DNA of 64,000 bases from Octopus sinensis (lineage: Eukaryota). A program made the translations under genes and the position numbers. Under the pieces are notes generated by a model. It was not told the origin of the DNA. It ran no database searches and was given only the letters and a program-made list of their open reading frames with translations. The stretch covers positions 4,464,001 to 4,528,000 of the forward strand of contig NC_043023.1 of NCBI RefSeq assembly GCF_006345805.1, read 5' to 3'. Within the stretch, counting starts at the first letter, position 1, and each line of letters opens with the position of its first letter. Shown here piece by piece: positions 50,501-63,960 of the stretch.

Positions 50501-53500
50501 GATCACTAACAGATCACTAACAGATCACTAAATTCTTTTTTGTTTTTCAATATTTTTTGCAATATTTTGATATTTTCTAAGCTGAAAACTTTTGAGACTT
50601 TAGTTATCTTATGGATAAATATAAGCGTATTATCAATCAGGTAACTTATATTTAGCTAACAGATCACTAATTTTTTGTTGTTTTCCAAGTACACATATGC
50701 AATATTTTGACATTTTATAACCTTAAAACATTTGAGATTTTAGTGGTCTCTTAGATAAGTTTAAGCTTTTTATCAATCAGTTTACTTATATCTAAGAGAT
50801 CACTAATTTCTTATATCACTTATACCAATCAGTTAACTTATAACTAATAGACCACTAATTTCTTCCTTGGTTTTCAAGTACACATATACAATATTTTGAC
50901 ATTTTCTAATCTGGAAACTTTTGAGACTTTAGTGATATCATATTATCCAAGGTATCACTAAAGTCTCATTTAACTTATCTTTACCTAACAGATCATTAAA
51001 TTTTTTGTTGCTTTTCAAGTACACATTGGCAACATTCTTTGTTGTTATAGAAGTACACGTTTGCAATATTTCTAACTTAATATTTCTAACCTGAGACTTT
51101 TTTATAAATATAAGCGTATTATCAATCAGGTAACTTATATTTAGATCACTAAATTCTTTTTTGTACAAATTTGCAATAAATTAACATTTTCTAACCAAAA
51201 ACTTTTCAGACTTTATCTCTTGGATAAATATAAGCTTATCAATCAGTTAACTTAACTTTCCCTAAAAGATCACTAAACTTTTCGATGCTTTTCAAGTAGA
51301 CAGTTGCAATATTTATCCAAGACTTTAGTGATCTCTTGTATAAGTATAAGTTTATTCTCACTGTTACCTTGGATAAATATAAGCGTATTATTGATCAGGT
51401 AACTTATATTTACCTAACAGATCACTAAATTTTTGTTCCTTTTCAAGTAAACATATGCAATATTTTGAGATTTTCTAACCTGGAAACTTTTGAAACTCTA
51501 GTGATCTCTTGGATAAGTATAAGCTTATTTTCACTCAGTTAACATATCTACCTAACAGATCACTAATTCTTTTTTGCTTTTCAAGTACACATTTGCAATA
51601 ATTTGACATTGTCTAACCTAAAATTGTCTAACCTGAAAAAAAGTTTATTATCAATCAGTTAACTTATATTTACCTAACATATAACTAAATTCTTTGGATA
51701 AGCATAAGCTTATCAATCAGTTAACAGATCACTAAATCCTTTTTACTTTTAAAGTAAACATTTTCTAACCTGTGAATTTTGAAACTTTAGTGATCTCTCG
51801 GATAAGCATAAGCTTATTTTCTAAACTGAAAACATTTGACACTTTAGTAATCTCTTAAATAAGTATAAGATTTTTTCACTAAGATCACTAACAGATCACT
51901 AACAGATCACTAAATTCTTTTTTGTTTTTCAAGTACACATTTGCAATATTTTGAGATTTTTTATCCTGAAAACTTTTAAGACTTTAGTGATCTCTTGGAT
52001 AATTATAAGCGTACTATCACTAAATACTGTGTTGTTATTGAAGTACAGATTTGCAATATTTGGACTTTTTGTAAGTTAAAAAAACTTTTAAAAGTTTTGT
52101 GATATAAGCTACCTTATATTTACCTAACAGATCACTAAATTCTTGTTACTTTTCAAGTACACATTTGCAATATTTGGAAACTTTTAAAACTTTAGTGATC
52201 TCTGGATAAGGATAAGCTTATCAATCAGTTAATATTTTTTAAACTGGAAATTTTGAAACTCAGTTAACATGGATAAATATAAGCGTATTATTGATCAGGT
52301 AAGTTATATTTACCTAACAGATCACTAATTTTTTTTGTTTTTCAATATTTTTTGCAATATTTTGACATTTTCTAACCTGAAAACTTTTGATACTTTAGTA
52401 ATCTCTTGGATAAGTATAAGCTTTTTTCACTAAGATCACTAACAGATCACTAACAGATCACTAAATTCTTTTTTGTTTTTCAATATTTTTTGCAATATTT
52501 TGATATTTTCTAAGCTGAAAACTTTTGAGACTTTAGTTATCTTATGGATAAATATAAGCGTATTATCAATCAGGTAACTTATATTTAGCTAACAGATCAC
52601 TAATTTTTTTGTTGTTTTCCAAGTACACATATGCAATATTTTGACATTTTATAACCTTAAAACATTTGAGATTTTAGTGGTCTCTTAGATAAGTTTAAGC
52701 TTTTTATCAATCAGTTTACTTATATCTAAGAGATCACTAATTTCTTATATCACTTATACCAATCAGTTAACTTATAACTAATAGACCACTAATTTCTTCC
52801 TTGGTTTTCAAGTACACATATACAATATTTTGACATTTTCTAATCTGGAAACTTTTGAGACTTTAGTGATATCATATTATCCAAGGTATCACTAAAGTCT
52901 CATTTAACTTATCTTTACCTAACAGATCATTAAATTTTTTGTTGCTTTTCAAGTACACATTTGCAACATTCTTTGTTGTTATAGAAGTACACGTTTGCAA
53001 TATTTCTAACTTAATATTTCTAACCTGAGACTTTTTTATAAATATAAGCGTATTATCAATCAGGTAACTTATATTTAGATCACTAAATTCTTTTTTGTTA
53101 TTCAAGTACAAATTTGCAATAAATTAACATTTTCTAACCAAAAACTTTTCAGACTTTATCTCTTGGATAAATATAAGCTTATCAATCAGTTAACTTAACT
53201 TTCCCTAAAAGATCACTAAACTTTTCGATGCTTTTCAAGTAGACAGTTGCAATATTTATCCAAGACTTTAGTGATCTCTTGTATAAGTATAAGTTTATTT
53301 TCACTGTTACCTTGGATAAATATAAGCGTATTATCGATCAGGTAACTTATATTTACCTAACAGATCACTAAATTTTTGTTCCTTTTCAAGTAAACATATG
53401 CAATATTTTGAGATTTTCTAACCTGGAAACTTTTGAAACTCTAGTGATCTCTTGGATAAGTATAAGCTTATTTTCACTCAGTTAACATATCTACCTAACA

Positions 53501-56500
53501 GATCACTAAATTCTTTTTTGCTTTTCAAGTACACATTTGCAATAATTTGACATTGTCTAACCTAACATTGTCTAACCTGAAAAAAAGTTTATTATCAATC
53601 AGTTAACTTATATTTACCTAACATATAACTAAATTCTTTGGATAAGCATAAGCTTATCAATCAGTTAACAGATCACTAAATCCTTTTTACTTTTAAAGTA
53701 AACATTTTCTAACCTGTGAATTTTGAAACTTTAGTGATCTCTCGGATAAGCATAAGCTTATTTTCTAAACTGAAAACATTTGACACTTTAGTAATCTCTT
53801 AAATAAGTATAAGATTTTTTCACTAAGATCACTAACAGATCACTAACAGATCACTAAATTCTTTTTTGTTTTTCAAGTACACATTTGCAATATTTTGAGA
53901 TTTTTATCCTGAAAACTTTTAAGACTTTAGTGATCTCTTGGATAATTATAAGCGTACTATCACTAAATACTGTGTTGTTATTGAAGTACAGATTTGCAAT
54001 ATTTGGACTTTTTGTAAGTTAAAAAAACTTTTAAGAGTTTTGTGATATAAGCTACCTTATAACAGATCACTAAATTCTTGTTACTTTTCAAGTACACATT
54101 TGCAATATTTGGAAACTTTTAAAACTTTAGTGATCTCTTGGATAAGGATAAGCTTATCAATCAGTTAATATTTTTTAAACTGGAAATTTTGAAACTCAGT
54201 TAACATGGATAAATATAAGCGTATTATTGATCAGGTAAGTTATATTTACCTAACAGATCACTAAATTCTTTTTTGTTTTTCAAGTACACATTTGCAATAA
54301 TTTGACATTCTAATCTGCAAATTTTGAAACTTTAGTGACCTCTCGGATAAGCATAAGCTTATTTTCGCAGCCTGAAAACTTTTCAGACAAGTGATATCTT
54401 GGATAAATATAAGCTTTTTATCAATCAGCTAACATATCGAGCTTATCGAGAGATAACCAAATTTTTTGTTGTTTTTCAAGTACAATAATGCAATATTTTG
54501 ATATTTTCTAACCTGAAAACATTTGATACTTTAGTGATCTCTTGGATAAATATAAGCGTATTATCAATCAGGTAACTTATATTTACCTACAAGTACACAT
54601 TTGCAATAATTTGACATTTTCTAACCTGAAAACTTTTGAGACTTTATTCATCTGTAAGATAAATATAAATTTATATTTACCTAAGAGATCACTAAATTCT
54701 TCTTATTCTTATGTACACATTTGTAATATTTTGGCATTTTCTAACCTGAAAATTTTAAGACTTTATTCATCTGTAAAATAAATATAAACTTATATTAACC
54801 TAACAGATCACTAAATTCTTTTTTGTTTTTCAAGTACACATTTGCAATAATTTGACATTTTCTAACCTGAAAATTTTAAGACCTTTGTGATCACTTGGAT
54901 AAATGTAGGCTTATTATCAATCAGTTAACTTATATTAACATAACAGATCACTAAATTCTTTTTTCTTTTTAAAGTACACATTTTCTTACCTGGAAATTTT
55001 GAAACTTTAGTGATCTCTTGGATAAGCATAAATTATTTTCATTGTTCACTTGGATAAATATAAGCGTATTATCGATTAGGTAACATTCTTTTTTGTTTTT
55101 CATGTACACATTTGCAATAATTTGATATTTCCTAATCTGGAATTTTTAAACTTTAGTGATCTCTCGGATAAGCATGAGCTTATTTTCACTCAGTTAACTT
55201 ATATTAACCTAACAGACTACTAAATTCCTTGTTGTTATAGAAGTACACATTTGCAATATTTTGACATTTTCTAACCTGAAAACTTTTGATACTTTAGTAA
55301 TCTCTTGGATAAGTATAAGCTTTTTTCACTAAGATCACTAACAGATCACTAACAGATCACTAAATTCTTTTTTGTTTTTCAATATTTTTTGCAATATTTT
55401 GATATTTTCTAAGCTGAAAACTTTTGAGACTTTAGTGATCTCTTGGATAAATATAAGCGTATTATCAATCAGGTAACTTATATTTAGCTAACAGATCACT
55501 AATTTTTTTGTTGTTTTCCAAGTACACATATGCAATATTTTGACATTTTATAACCTTAAAACATTTGAGATTTTAGTGGTCTCTTAGATAAGTTTAAGCT
55601 TTTTATCAATCAGTTTACTTATATCTAAGAGATCACTAATTTCTTATATCACTTATACCAATCAGTTAACTTATAACTAATAGACCACTAATTTCTTCCT
55701 TGGTTTTCAAGTACACATATACAATATTTTGACATTTTCTAATCTGGAAACTTTTGAGACTTTAGTGATATCATATTATCCAGATCATTAAATTTTTTGT
55801 TGCTTTTCAAGTACACATTTGCAACATTCTTTGTTGTTATAGAAGTACACGTTTGCAATATTTCTAACTTAATATTTCTAACCTGAGACTTTTTTATAAA
55901 TATAAGCGTATTATCAATCAGGTAACTTATATTTAGATCACTAAATTCTTTTTTGTTTTTCAAGTACACATTTGCAATAATTTGACATTTTCTAACCTGA
56001 AAACTTTTAAGACTTTAGTGATCTCTTGGATAAATATAAGCTTATCAATCAGTTAACTTAACTTTCCCTAAAAGATCACTAAACTTTTCGATGCTTTTCA
56101 AGTAGACAGTTGCAATATTTATCCAAGACTTTAGTGATCTCTTGTATAAGTATAAGTTTATTTTCACTGTTACCTTGGATAAATATAAGCGTATTATCGA
56201 TCAGGTAACTTATATTTACCTAACAGATCACTAAATTTTTGTTCCTTTTCAAGTAAACATATGCAATATTTTGAGATTTTCTAACCTGGAAACTTTTGAA
56301 ACTCTAGTGATCTCTTGGATAAGTATAAGCTTATTTTCACTCAGTTAACATATCTACCTAACAGATCACTAAATTCTTTTTTGCTTTTCAAGTACACATT
56401 TGCAATAATTTGACATTGTCTAACCTGAAAAATTTTAAAAGATAAGTATAAGTTTATTATCAATCAGTTAACTTATATTTACATAACATATAACTAAATT

Positions 56501-59500
56501 CTTTGGATAAGCATAAGCTTATCAATCAGTTAACAGATCACTAAATCCTTTTTACTTTTAAAGTAAACATTTTCTAACCTGTGAATTTTGAAACTTTAGT
56601 GATCTCTCGGATAAGCATAAGCTTATTTTCTAAACTGAAAACATTTGACACTTTAGTAATCTCTTAAATAAGTATAAGATTTTTTCACTAAGATCACTAA
56701 CAGATCACTAACAGATCACTAAATTCTTTTTTGTTTTTCAAGTACACATTTGCAATATTTTGAGATTTTCTATCCTGAAAACTTTTAAGACTTTAGTGAT
56801 CTCTTGGATAATTATAAGCGTACTATCACTAAATACTGTGTTGTTATTGAAGTACAGATTTGCAATATTTGGACTTTTTGTAAGTTAAAAAAACTTTTAA
56901 AAGTTTTGTGATATAAGCTACCTTATATTACCTAACAGATCACTAAATTCTTGTTACTTTTCAAGTACACATTTGCAATATTTGGAAACTTTTAAAACTT
57001 TAGTGATCTCTTGGATAAGGATAAGCTTATCAATCAGTTAATATTTTTTAAACTGGAAATTTTGAAACTCAGTTAACATGGATAAATATAAGCGTATTAT
57101 TGATCAGGTAAGTTATATTTACCTAACAGATCACTAAATTCTTTTTTGTTTTTCAAGTACACATTGCAATAATTTGACATTCTAATCTGCAAATTTTGAA
57201 ACTTTAGTGACCTCTCGGATAAGCATAAGCTTATTTTCGCAGCCTGAAAACTTTTCAGACAAGTGATATCTTGGATAAATATAAGCTTTTTATCAATCAG
57301 CTAACATATCGAGCTTATCGAGAGATAACCAAATTTTTTGTTGTTTTTCAAGTACAATAATGCAATATTTTGATATTTTCTAACCTGAAAACATTTGATA
57401 CTTTAGTGATCTCTGGATAAATATAAGCGTATTATCAATCAGGTAACTTATATTTACCTACAAGTACACATTGCAATAATTTGACATTTTCTAACCTGAA
57501 AACTTTTGAGACTTTATTCATCTGTAAGATAAATATAAATTTATATTTACCTAAGAGATCACTAAATTCTTCTTATTCTTATGTACACATTTGTAATATT
57601 TTGGCATTTTCTAACCTGAAAATTTTAAGACTTTATTCATCTGTAAAATAAATATAAACTTATATTAACCTAACAGATCACTAAATTCTTTTTTGTTTTT
57701 CAAGTACACATTTGCAATAATTTGACATTTTCTAACCTGAAAACTTTTAAGACCTTTGTGATCACTTGGATAAATGTAGGCTTATTATCAATCAGTTAAC
57801 TTATATTAACATAACAGATCACTAAATTCTTTTTTCTTTTTAAAGTACACATTTTCTTACCTGGAAATTTTGAAACTTTAGTGATCTCTTGGATAAGCAT
57901 AAATTTATTTTCATTGTTCACTTGGATAAATATAAGCGTATTATCGATTAGGTAACATTCTTTTTTGTTTTTCATGTACACATTTGCAATAATTTGATAT
58001 TTCCTAATCTGGAATTTTTAAACTTTAGTGATCTCTCGGATAAGCATGAGCTTATTTTCACTCAGTTAACTTATATTAACCTAACAGACTACTAAATTCC
58101 TTGTTGTTATAGAAGTACACATTTGCAATATTTTGACATTTTCAAACCTGAAAACTTTTGAAACATTATCAGTTAACTTATATTTACCTAACAGATTACT
58201 AAACTCTATGTTGTTATAGAAGTACACATTTGCAATATTTTTACATTTTCTAACCTGAAAGCATTTGAGACTTTAGTGATCTAAATCTGTTAGTGATCTG
58301 TTAATGATCTGTTAGTGATCTGTTAGTGATCTTAGAGAAAAAAGCTTATACTTATCCAAGAAATTACTAAAGTCTCAAAAGTTTTCAGGTTAGAAAATGT
58401 CAGAATATTGCACATGTGTACTTGAAAACCAAGGAAGAAATTAGTGGTCTATTAGTTATGAGTTAACTGATTGGTATAAGTGATATAAGAAATTAGTGAT
58501 CTCTTAGATATAAGTAAACTGATTGATAAAAAGATTAAATTTATCCAAGAGACCACTAAAATCTCAAATGTTTTCAGGTTATAAAATGTCAAAATATTGC
58601 ATATGTGTACATGGAAAACAACAAAAAAATTAGTGATCTGTTAGCTAAATATAAGTTACCTGATTGATATTACGCTTATATTTATCCAAAAGATCACTAA
58701 AGTGTCAAATGTTTTCAGGTCAGCACTAAAGTTTCAAAATTCACAGGTTAGAAAATATGTATTTAAAAAGAAAAAGAATTTGGTGATCTGTTACGTTAAT
58801 ATAAGTTAACTGATTGATAAGCTTATACTTATCCAAAAGTTCACTAAAGTTTCGAAAGTTTCCAGGTTAGAAAATGTCGAAATATTGCAAATGTGTACTT
58901 AATAAGTAACAAGAATTTAGTGATCTGATTCATAATAACTGATTGATAATAAGATTATATTTATCTTACAGATGAATAAAGTCTCAAAATTTTCAGGTTA
59001 GAAAATGTCAAATTATTGCATATGAATTTAGTGATCTATTAGGTAAATATAAGTTACCTGATTGATAATACGCTTATATTTATCCAAGAGATCACTAAAG
59101 TCTCAAATGTTTTCAGGTTAGAAAATGTCAAAATATTGCAAATGTTTACTTCTACAACAATATATAATTTTGTAATATGTTAGGCTAATATAAGTTAACT
59201 GATTGATAATGTCTCAAAAGTTTTCAGGTTAGAAAATTTCAAAATATTGCAAATGTGTACTTGAAAAACAAAAAATATAGTGATCTGTTAGGTAAATGTA
59301 AGTTACCTGACTGATAACACGCTCATATTTATCCAAGAGATCAGTAAAGTCTCAAATGTTTTCAGGTTTGAAAATGTCAAAATATTGCAAATGTGTACTT
59401 CTACAACAACAAGGAATTTAGTAGTCTGTTAGGTTAATATAAGTTAACTGAGTGAAAATAAGCTCATGCTTATCCGAGAGATCACTAAAGTTTCAAAATT

Positions 59501-60225
59501 CCAGATTAGGAAATATCAAATTATTGCAAATGTGTACATGAAAAACAAAAAAGAATGTTACCTGATCGATAATACGCTTATATTTATCCAAGTGAACAGT
59601 GAAAATAAATTTATGCTTATCCAAGAGATCACTAAAGTTTCAAAATTTCCAGGTAAGAAAATGTGTACTTTAAAAAGAAAAAAGAATTTAATGATCTGTT
59701 ATGTTAATATAAGTTAACTGATTGATAATAAGCTTATACTTATCCAAGAGATCACAAAGGTCTTAAAAGTTTCCAGGTTAGAAAATGTCAAAATAGTGCA
59801 GATGTGTACTTAAAAAGTAACAAGAATTTAGTGATCTGTTAGGTAAATATAAGTTACCTGATTGATAATACCTAACAGATCACTAAATTCTTGTTACTTT
59901 TGAAGTACACATTTGCAATATTTTGACATTTTCTACCCTGGAAACTTTTGAAACTTAGGTAAATATAACGCTTATATTTATCCAACAGATCACTAAATTC
60001 TTTGGTGTTATTGAAATACACATTTGCAATATTTTGACTTTTCTAACCTGAAAACTTTTGAGACTTTAGTGATCTCTTGGATAAATAGAAGCGTAGTATC
60101 AATCAGGTAACATACTTACCTAACAGATCACTAGAGTATTTTTTTTGTTTTTCAAGTACACATTTGCAATATTTTGACATTTTGTAGCCTAAATATAATC
60201 TTATATAATCAGTTTAATTAGATCA
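41600..60225. repeat. ~140-bp AT-rich satellite array (~18 kb) with higher-order repeats
   Basis: Consensus actttagtgatctcttggataaatataagcgtattatcgatcaggtaacttatatttacctaacagatcactaaattcttttttgtttttcaagtacacatttgcaatattttgacattttctaacctgaaaacttttgag. Period 140 measured at 45116 to 45256. Interrupted by unique DNA at ~41908-42523; inverted at ~41600-41730 and ~58285-59857. Confidence 0.97.
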
Positions 60226-60313
60226 CAGAAATAACAGTAGTTTTCAGAAAGCGAAATGTGTCGAAATAATCATTAAGGTTTGCTAATTTAAATTTGTTGT
60301 TGTTGTTTGCAAT

Positions 60314-60588
60314 AAGGAGAGCAAGCTAAATGGAGAGCAAGCTAAATGGAGCACAAGACAAAAGGAGAGCAGGTAAAGGAGAGCAGGCAGAAAGGAGAGC
60401 AATCCAAAAGGAGAGCAGGTAAAGGAGAGCAATCTAAAAAGGAGAGCAAACAGAAAGGAGTGCAAGACAAATGGAGAACATGAAAGGGAGAGCAAATAAA
60501 AAGGAGAGCAAGCCGAAAGGAGTGCAAGACAAAAGGAGAGCCGGATAAGGAGAGCAACCCAAAAGGAGAGCATGCAGAAAGGAGAGCG
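60314..60588. repeat. Right-arm minisatellite, same unit in inverted orientation
   Basis: Tandem aaggagagca / aaggagtgca units. Confidence 0.95.
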
Positions 60589-61896
60589 AACTTGTATGTA
60601 TGTATGTAGGTATGTAAGTATGTATGTATGTAGGCATGTATGTATCTAAGTATGTATGTATCTAAGTATGTATGTATGTAGGTATACAGGTGTATGTATG
60701 TATGTACATATGTACATATGTATATAACAAGTGAAAGAATAGAGGTACTGGTATCACATTTATTTCCTGGTTACAGCCATTTCAACAACATGAATCAAAT
60801 CATTTAACAACTTGGACAATCATGAACGTAAGCAATGATTATGTAACATAAACCAGACAGTCATTTCATCATAACCTAATGAATAAATTAATATAAGAAA
60901 AAAGATTAAATAGATTCACCAATATATAAGTACAGAGAATTTGGTGGGAGGACTTAATATTCTTGTAGATGAAGGTCCCAGCACAATCGCTTCTTACAAG
61001 TCTCTCTATGTGTGACCTTGGATGTCAGTAGATTGTCAGCAGCTGTATTGGTAGAGTGGAGGACTACAGTTTATAATGAGTCACTACAACTTTATGTGGT
61101 CCATTGTAACTGTTATTTGAAGTTTATGAAGGCATGTGGCTTAGTGGTTAGGGAGTTTGGCTCATGATCATAATGTAGTGAGTTCAATTTCCAGCAGTTT
61201 TGTGTCCTTGAGTAAGAAGCTTTATTTTATATTGTTCCAATCAACTTGACTGGCAAAAATGAGTCGTACCTGTACTCCAGAGAGCCAGCCTTGTCACACA
61301 CTGTGTCACACCAAATCTCCCAGAGAACTAAGTAAAGGGTATGCATGTCTGTGGAATACTCAGCCACTTACACTTTAATTTCACAAGCAGGCTGTTCTGT
61401 TGATCAACTGAAATACTCATTGCTGTAACCAATGGTGTGCCAGTTTTTGTGTGTCCTTGAGCAAGACACTTTATTTCATGTTGCTCCAATCCACTCAGCT
61501 GGCAAAAATGAGTTGTACCTCTATTCCAAAGGACCAGCCTTATCATATTCTTTGTCAAACTAAACCTGCCTGGAATTATGTTAACGGTACGCATGTCTGT
61601 GGAGTGCTCAGCCACTTGCATGTTAATTTCACAAGCAGGCTGTTCTGTCAATCAGATCAGCTGGAACTCATCATCATCATAATCAACAGAGCACTAATTT
61701 TCTTCTTTACACTTTTTGTTTTTTAGGCTTTAAAGGGAACCAACATCTGATCCTAACTGAATTGTTTACCATTTCTGCAGACTGCAGAGGAATCCATGTG
61801 TTTGTGATACAGGTTTGGCTGTTACATATAATATGTGTGTCCAGATTTCATAATAGTATATACCTATAATGAGGAGAGTGTTAGAGGCAAGAGTGA

Positions 61897-62310
61897 TGCA
61901 TATCTGTACATTCAGGTTAGATAATTTGTGTCTATAGAGATGGAAATGATATGAGGGACACAGAACATCTATTTCTTGCATATTTAGATATTCAGGTTAA
62001 ACAACTGGTGTCTTTAGTATTAGAAGTGGTACGGACAGGTGGGGATACAGGACATTCCTTTCTTTCATGTCTGGATATTCCCGTTAGATAACTTGTGTAT
62101 ATAGAGATAGGAGCCATAAAGGTAAGGCGAAATATGTATCTTTCATGAATCTGTGCATTTGGGTTAGACAGCTTGTGTCTATAGTGTTCAAAGTGGCATA
62201 GATAGATGGGGACAAGTATTTTCTGTATATCTGTGGATTCAAATTAAGATAACTGGTGTCTATAGAGATGGAAGTGGCATGAGTTGAGGGGATACAAGAC
62301 ATTTATCTCT
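61897..62310. repeat. Five degenerate 80-87-bp tandem units overlapping the end of the 62260 exon
   Basis: Marker gtgt(c/a)t(a/t)tag at 61928, 62008, 62095, 62175 and 62256. Confidence 0.8.
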
Positions 62311-63530
62311 GCTTGTTGCTGCAGAGCACCTTGATCGGCGTCCATGGGCAGTTTTAGGTCTAGTGGTTGATTTCTTCATTACCAGTGGCAGTGGAGTTGG
62401 AGGTGATGATGACTGTGATTCTGGCTTCCCATAGAAACTTTGTTCTTTTCCCTGATTTCTACCATTGTCCTCATCTGGTTGCTGGAATATCAAACTGGAT
62501 TTCTTGTGTTCTGACACTAACCTCTTCATTTGCCATACATTGTGCTTTTCAGTCTTGCTAGCTATTTCAAGTTCCTCTTTATTTTGATCAACACCACAGT
62601 CAGCAAATCTTGTTGAACTCTCAGGATTATCAAGAGGAACATCTGTTCCAGTCTCTGCTTGACTTGATGTGAAGTTGGAAACTGGGTTTTTTGTTTGCCA
62701 ATTCTGAAGGTTTGTCATCCTCAAGAAATTCACTTCAAGATTCTCCTCATGCAACAAACTTTTGCCTGCTTTAACAAAACCTGAACCCTTCTGAGGAGCA
62801 GACAACGTCTGCTCTTGAACACCAGCATCGTCATCACCTTCACCCTCATGCTGTTCCTTACTCATAAACGGAAACCCATATGTGGGTTTTGGGCTTTGTT
62901 TTGGCTCCTGTGACACGTCAATGGAGCTCTTTGCAGTAGAACTTGCAGACAGGAATTTCTTTCCTTTTGCCTTGTGATGCATCCACTCTTCAAATGCTGC
63001 ACTCGAGCGGAGCTGACGATCTGCTTTGAAGGCTGCATCGAGTTTTCTGTTCTCAGTTTCCAGCTTCTTTCTCACCTTCATCTCTCGTTTCTGTTGCCAG
63101 AAGTCTTTGTCCTTCTTCTGCAACCATTTCAGGATATGCGGGTTACTGTCGTTTGGTCGGAAACTGTTGTCAACACTACGACAGGTTTGGTTTGCAGCAT
63201 TTTCCTCCGATGCTGTCTGTAGGGGTAACTTCTTCTGACGGACAAAACTGCCTCTGCCAGATGATGAGGTGGAGGAAGAGCCTGATAGCTTTTTCTTACT
63301 CATTGCTGATGATGTTGGCTTTGTTGCTGCTGCTGTTGGTGGTGGTGCTGTTGGAATGTTCTCGTGTTGGTCAAAGATGCCTCTGGAAGATGAAGGATTC
63401 ACAGATGACTTTTGGGGGCCAACTGTAGTTTTGGCTCGAAACAATTTCCTGTTGTTTTGGACTCTGCGAGTACCATTCAGCAACCTTTGGTTCCTCCTTT
63501 CATGTCTAATTTCATTCTCTCCAAGACTCA
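62260..63530 (-). CDS. Large coding exon of an unidentified low-complexity/coiled-coil protein
   Basis: ttatatctcttattttccag acceptor before 63530 (phase 1), 423-codon open frame. The central ILKWLQKKDKDFWQQKREMK...RSSAAFEEWMHHK segment loosely recalls CCDC34/CCDC181-type W-containing coiled coils; identity not established. Confidence 0.75.
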
Positions 63531-63757
63531 CTGGAAAATAAGAGATATAATAAAGTTATGTGTGTGTAAGCACAGGTATGTGTGTGTCTGTGTGTGTTTG
63601 TGCATGTGTGTGTGTGTGGTTGTATAAGTATGTGTGTATATGTGTAAGAATGGGTGCATGCATGTGTATGTATATATATAAGCATGGCTGTTTGGTAAGA
63701 AGTTTGTTTTCCAACTACACAGTTCTAGGTTCAGTCACATTACATGGCACCTTAGGT

Positions 63758-63767
63758 AATAATAATA

Positions 63768-63807
<40 letters not shown>

Positions 63808-63851
63808 TAATAATAATAATAATAATAATGATAATAATAATAATAATAATG

Positions 63852-63888
<37 letters not shown>

Positions 63889-63926
63889 TAATAATAATAA
63901 TAATAATAATGATAATAATAATAATG

Positions 63927-63960
<34 letters not shown>

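Noticed and set aside
48992-59717. Repeated 60-83-aa ORFs in the satellite
   Set aside because: Chance frames duplicated by the higher-order repeats; useful only as markers.
42530-60225. CRISPR-like look of palindromic repeats separated by variable sequence
   Set aside because: The intervening sequences are homologous to each other rather than unique spacers, the context is a eukaryotic genome, and there are no cas genes.
62260-63530. Joining the 62-kb exon to the TM gene as one transcript
   Set aside because: The exon reaches an in-frame stop without a convincing donor, and its content looks cytoplasmic rather than extracellular.
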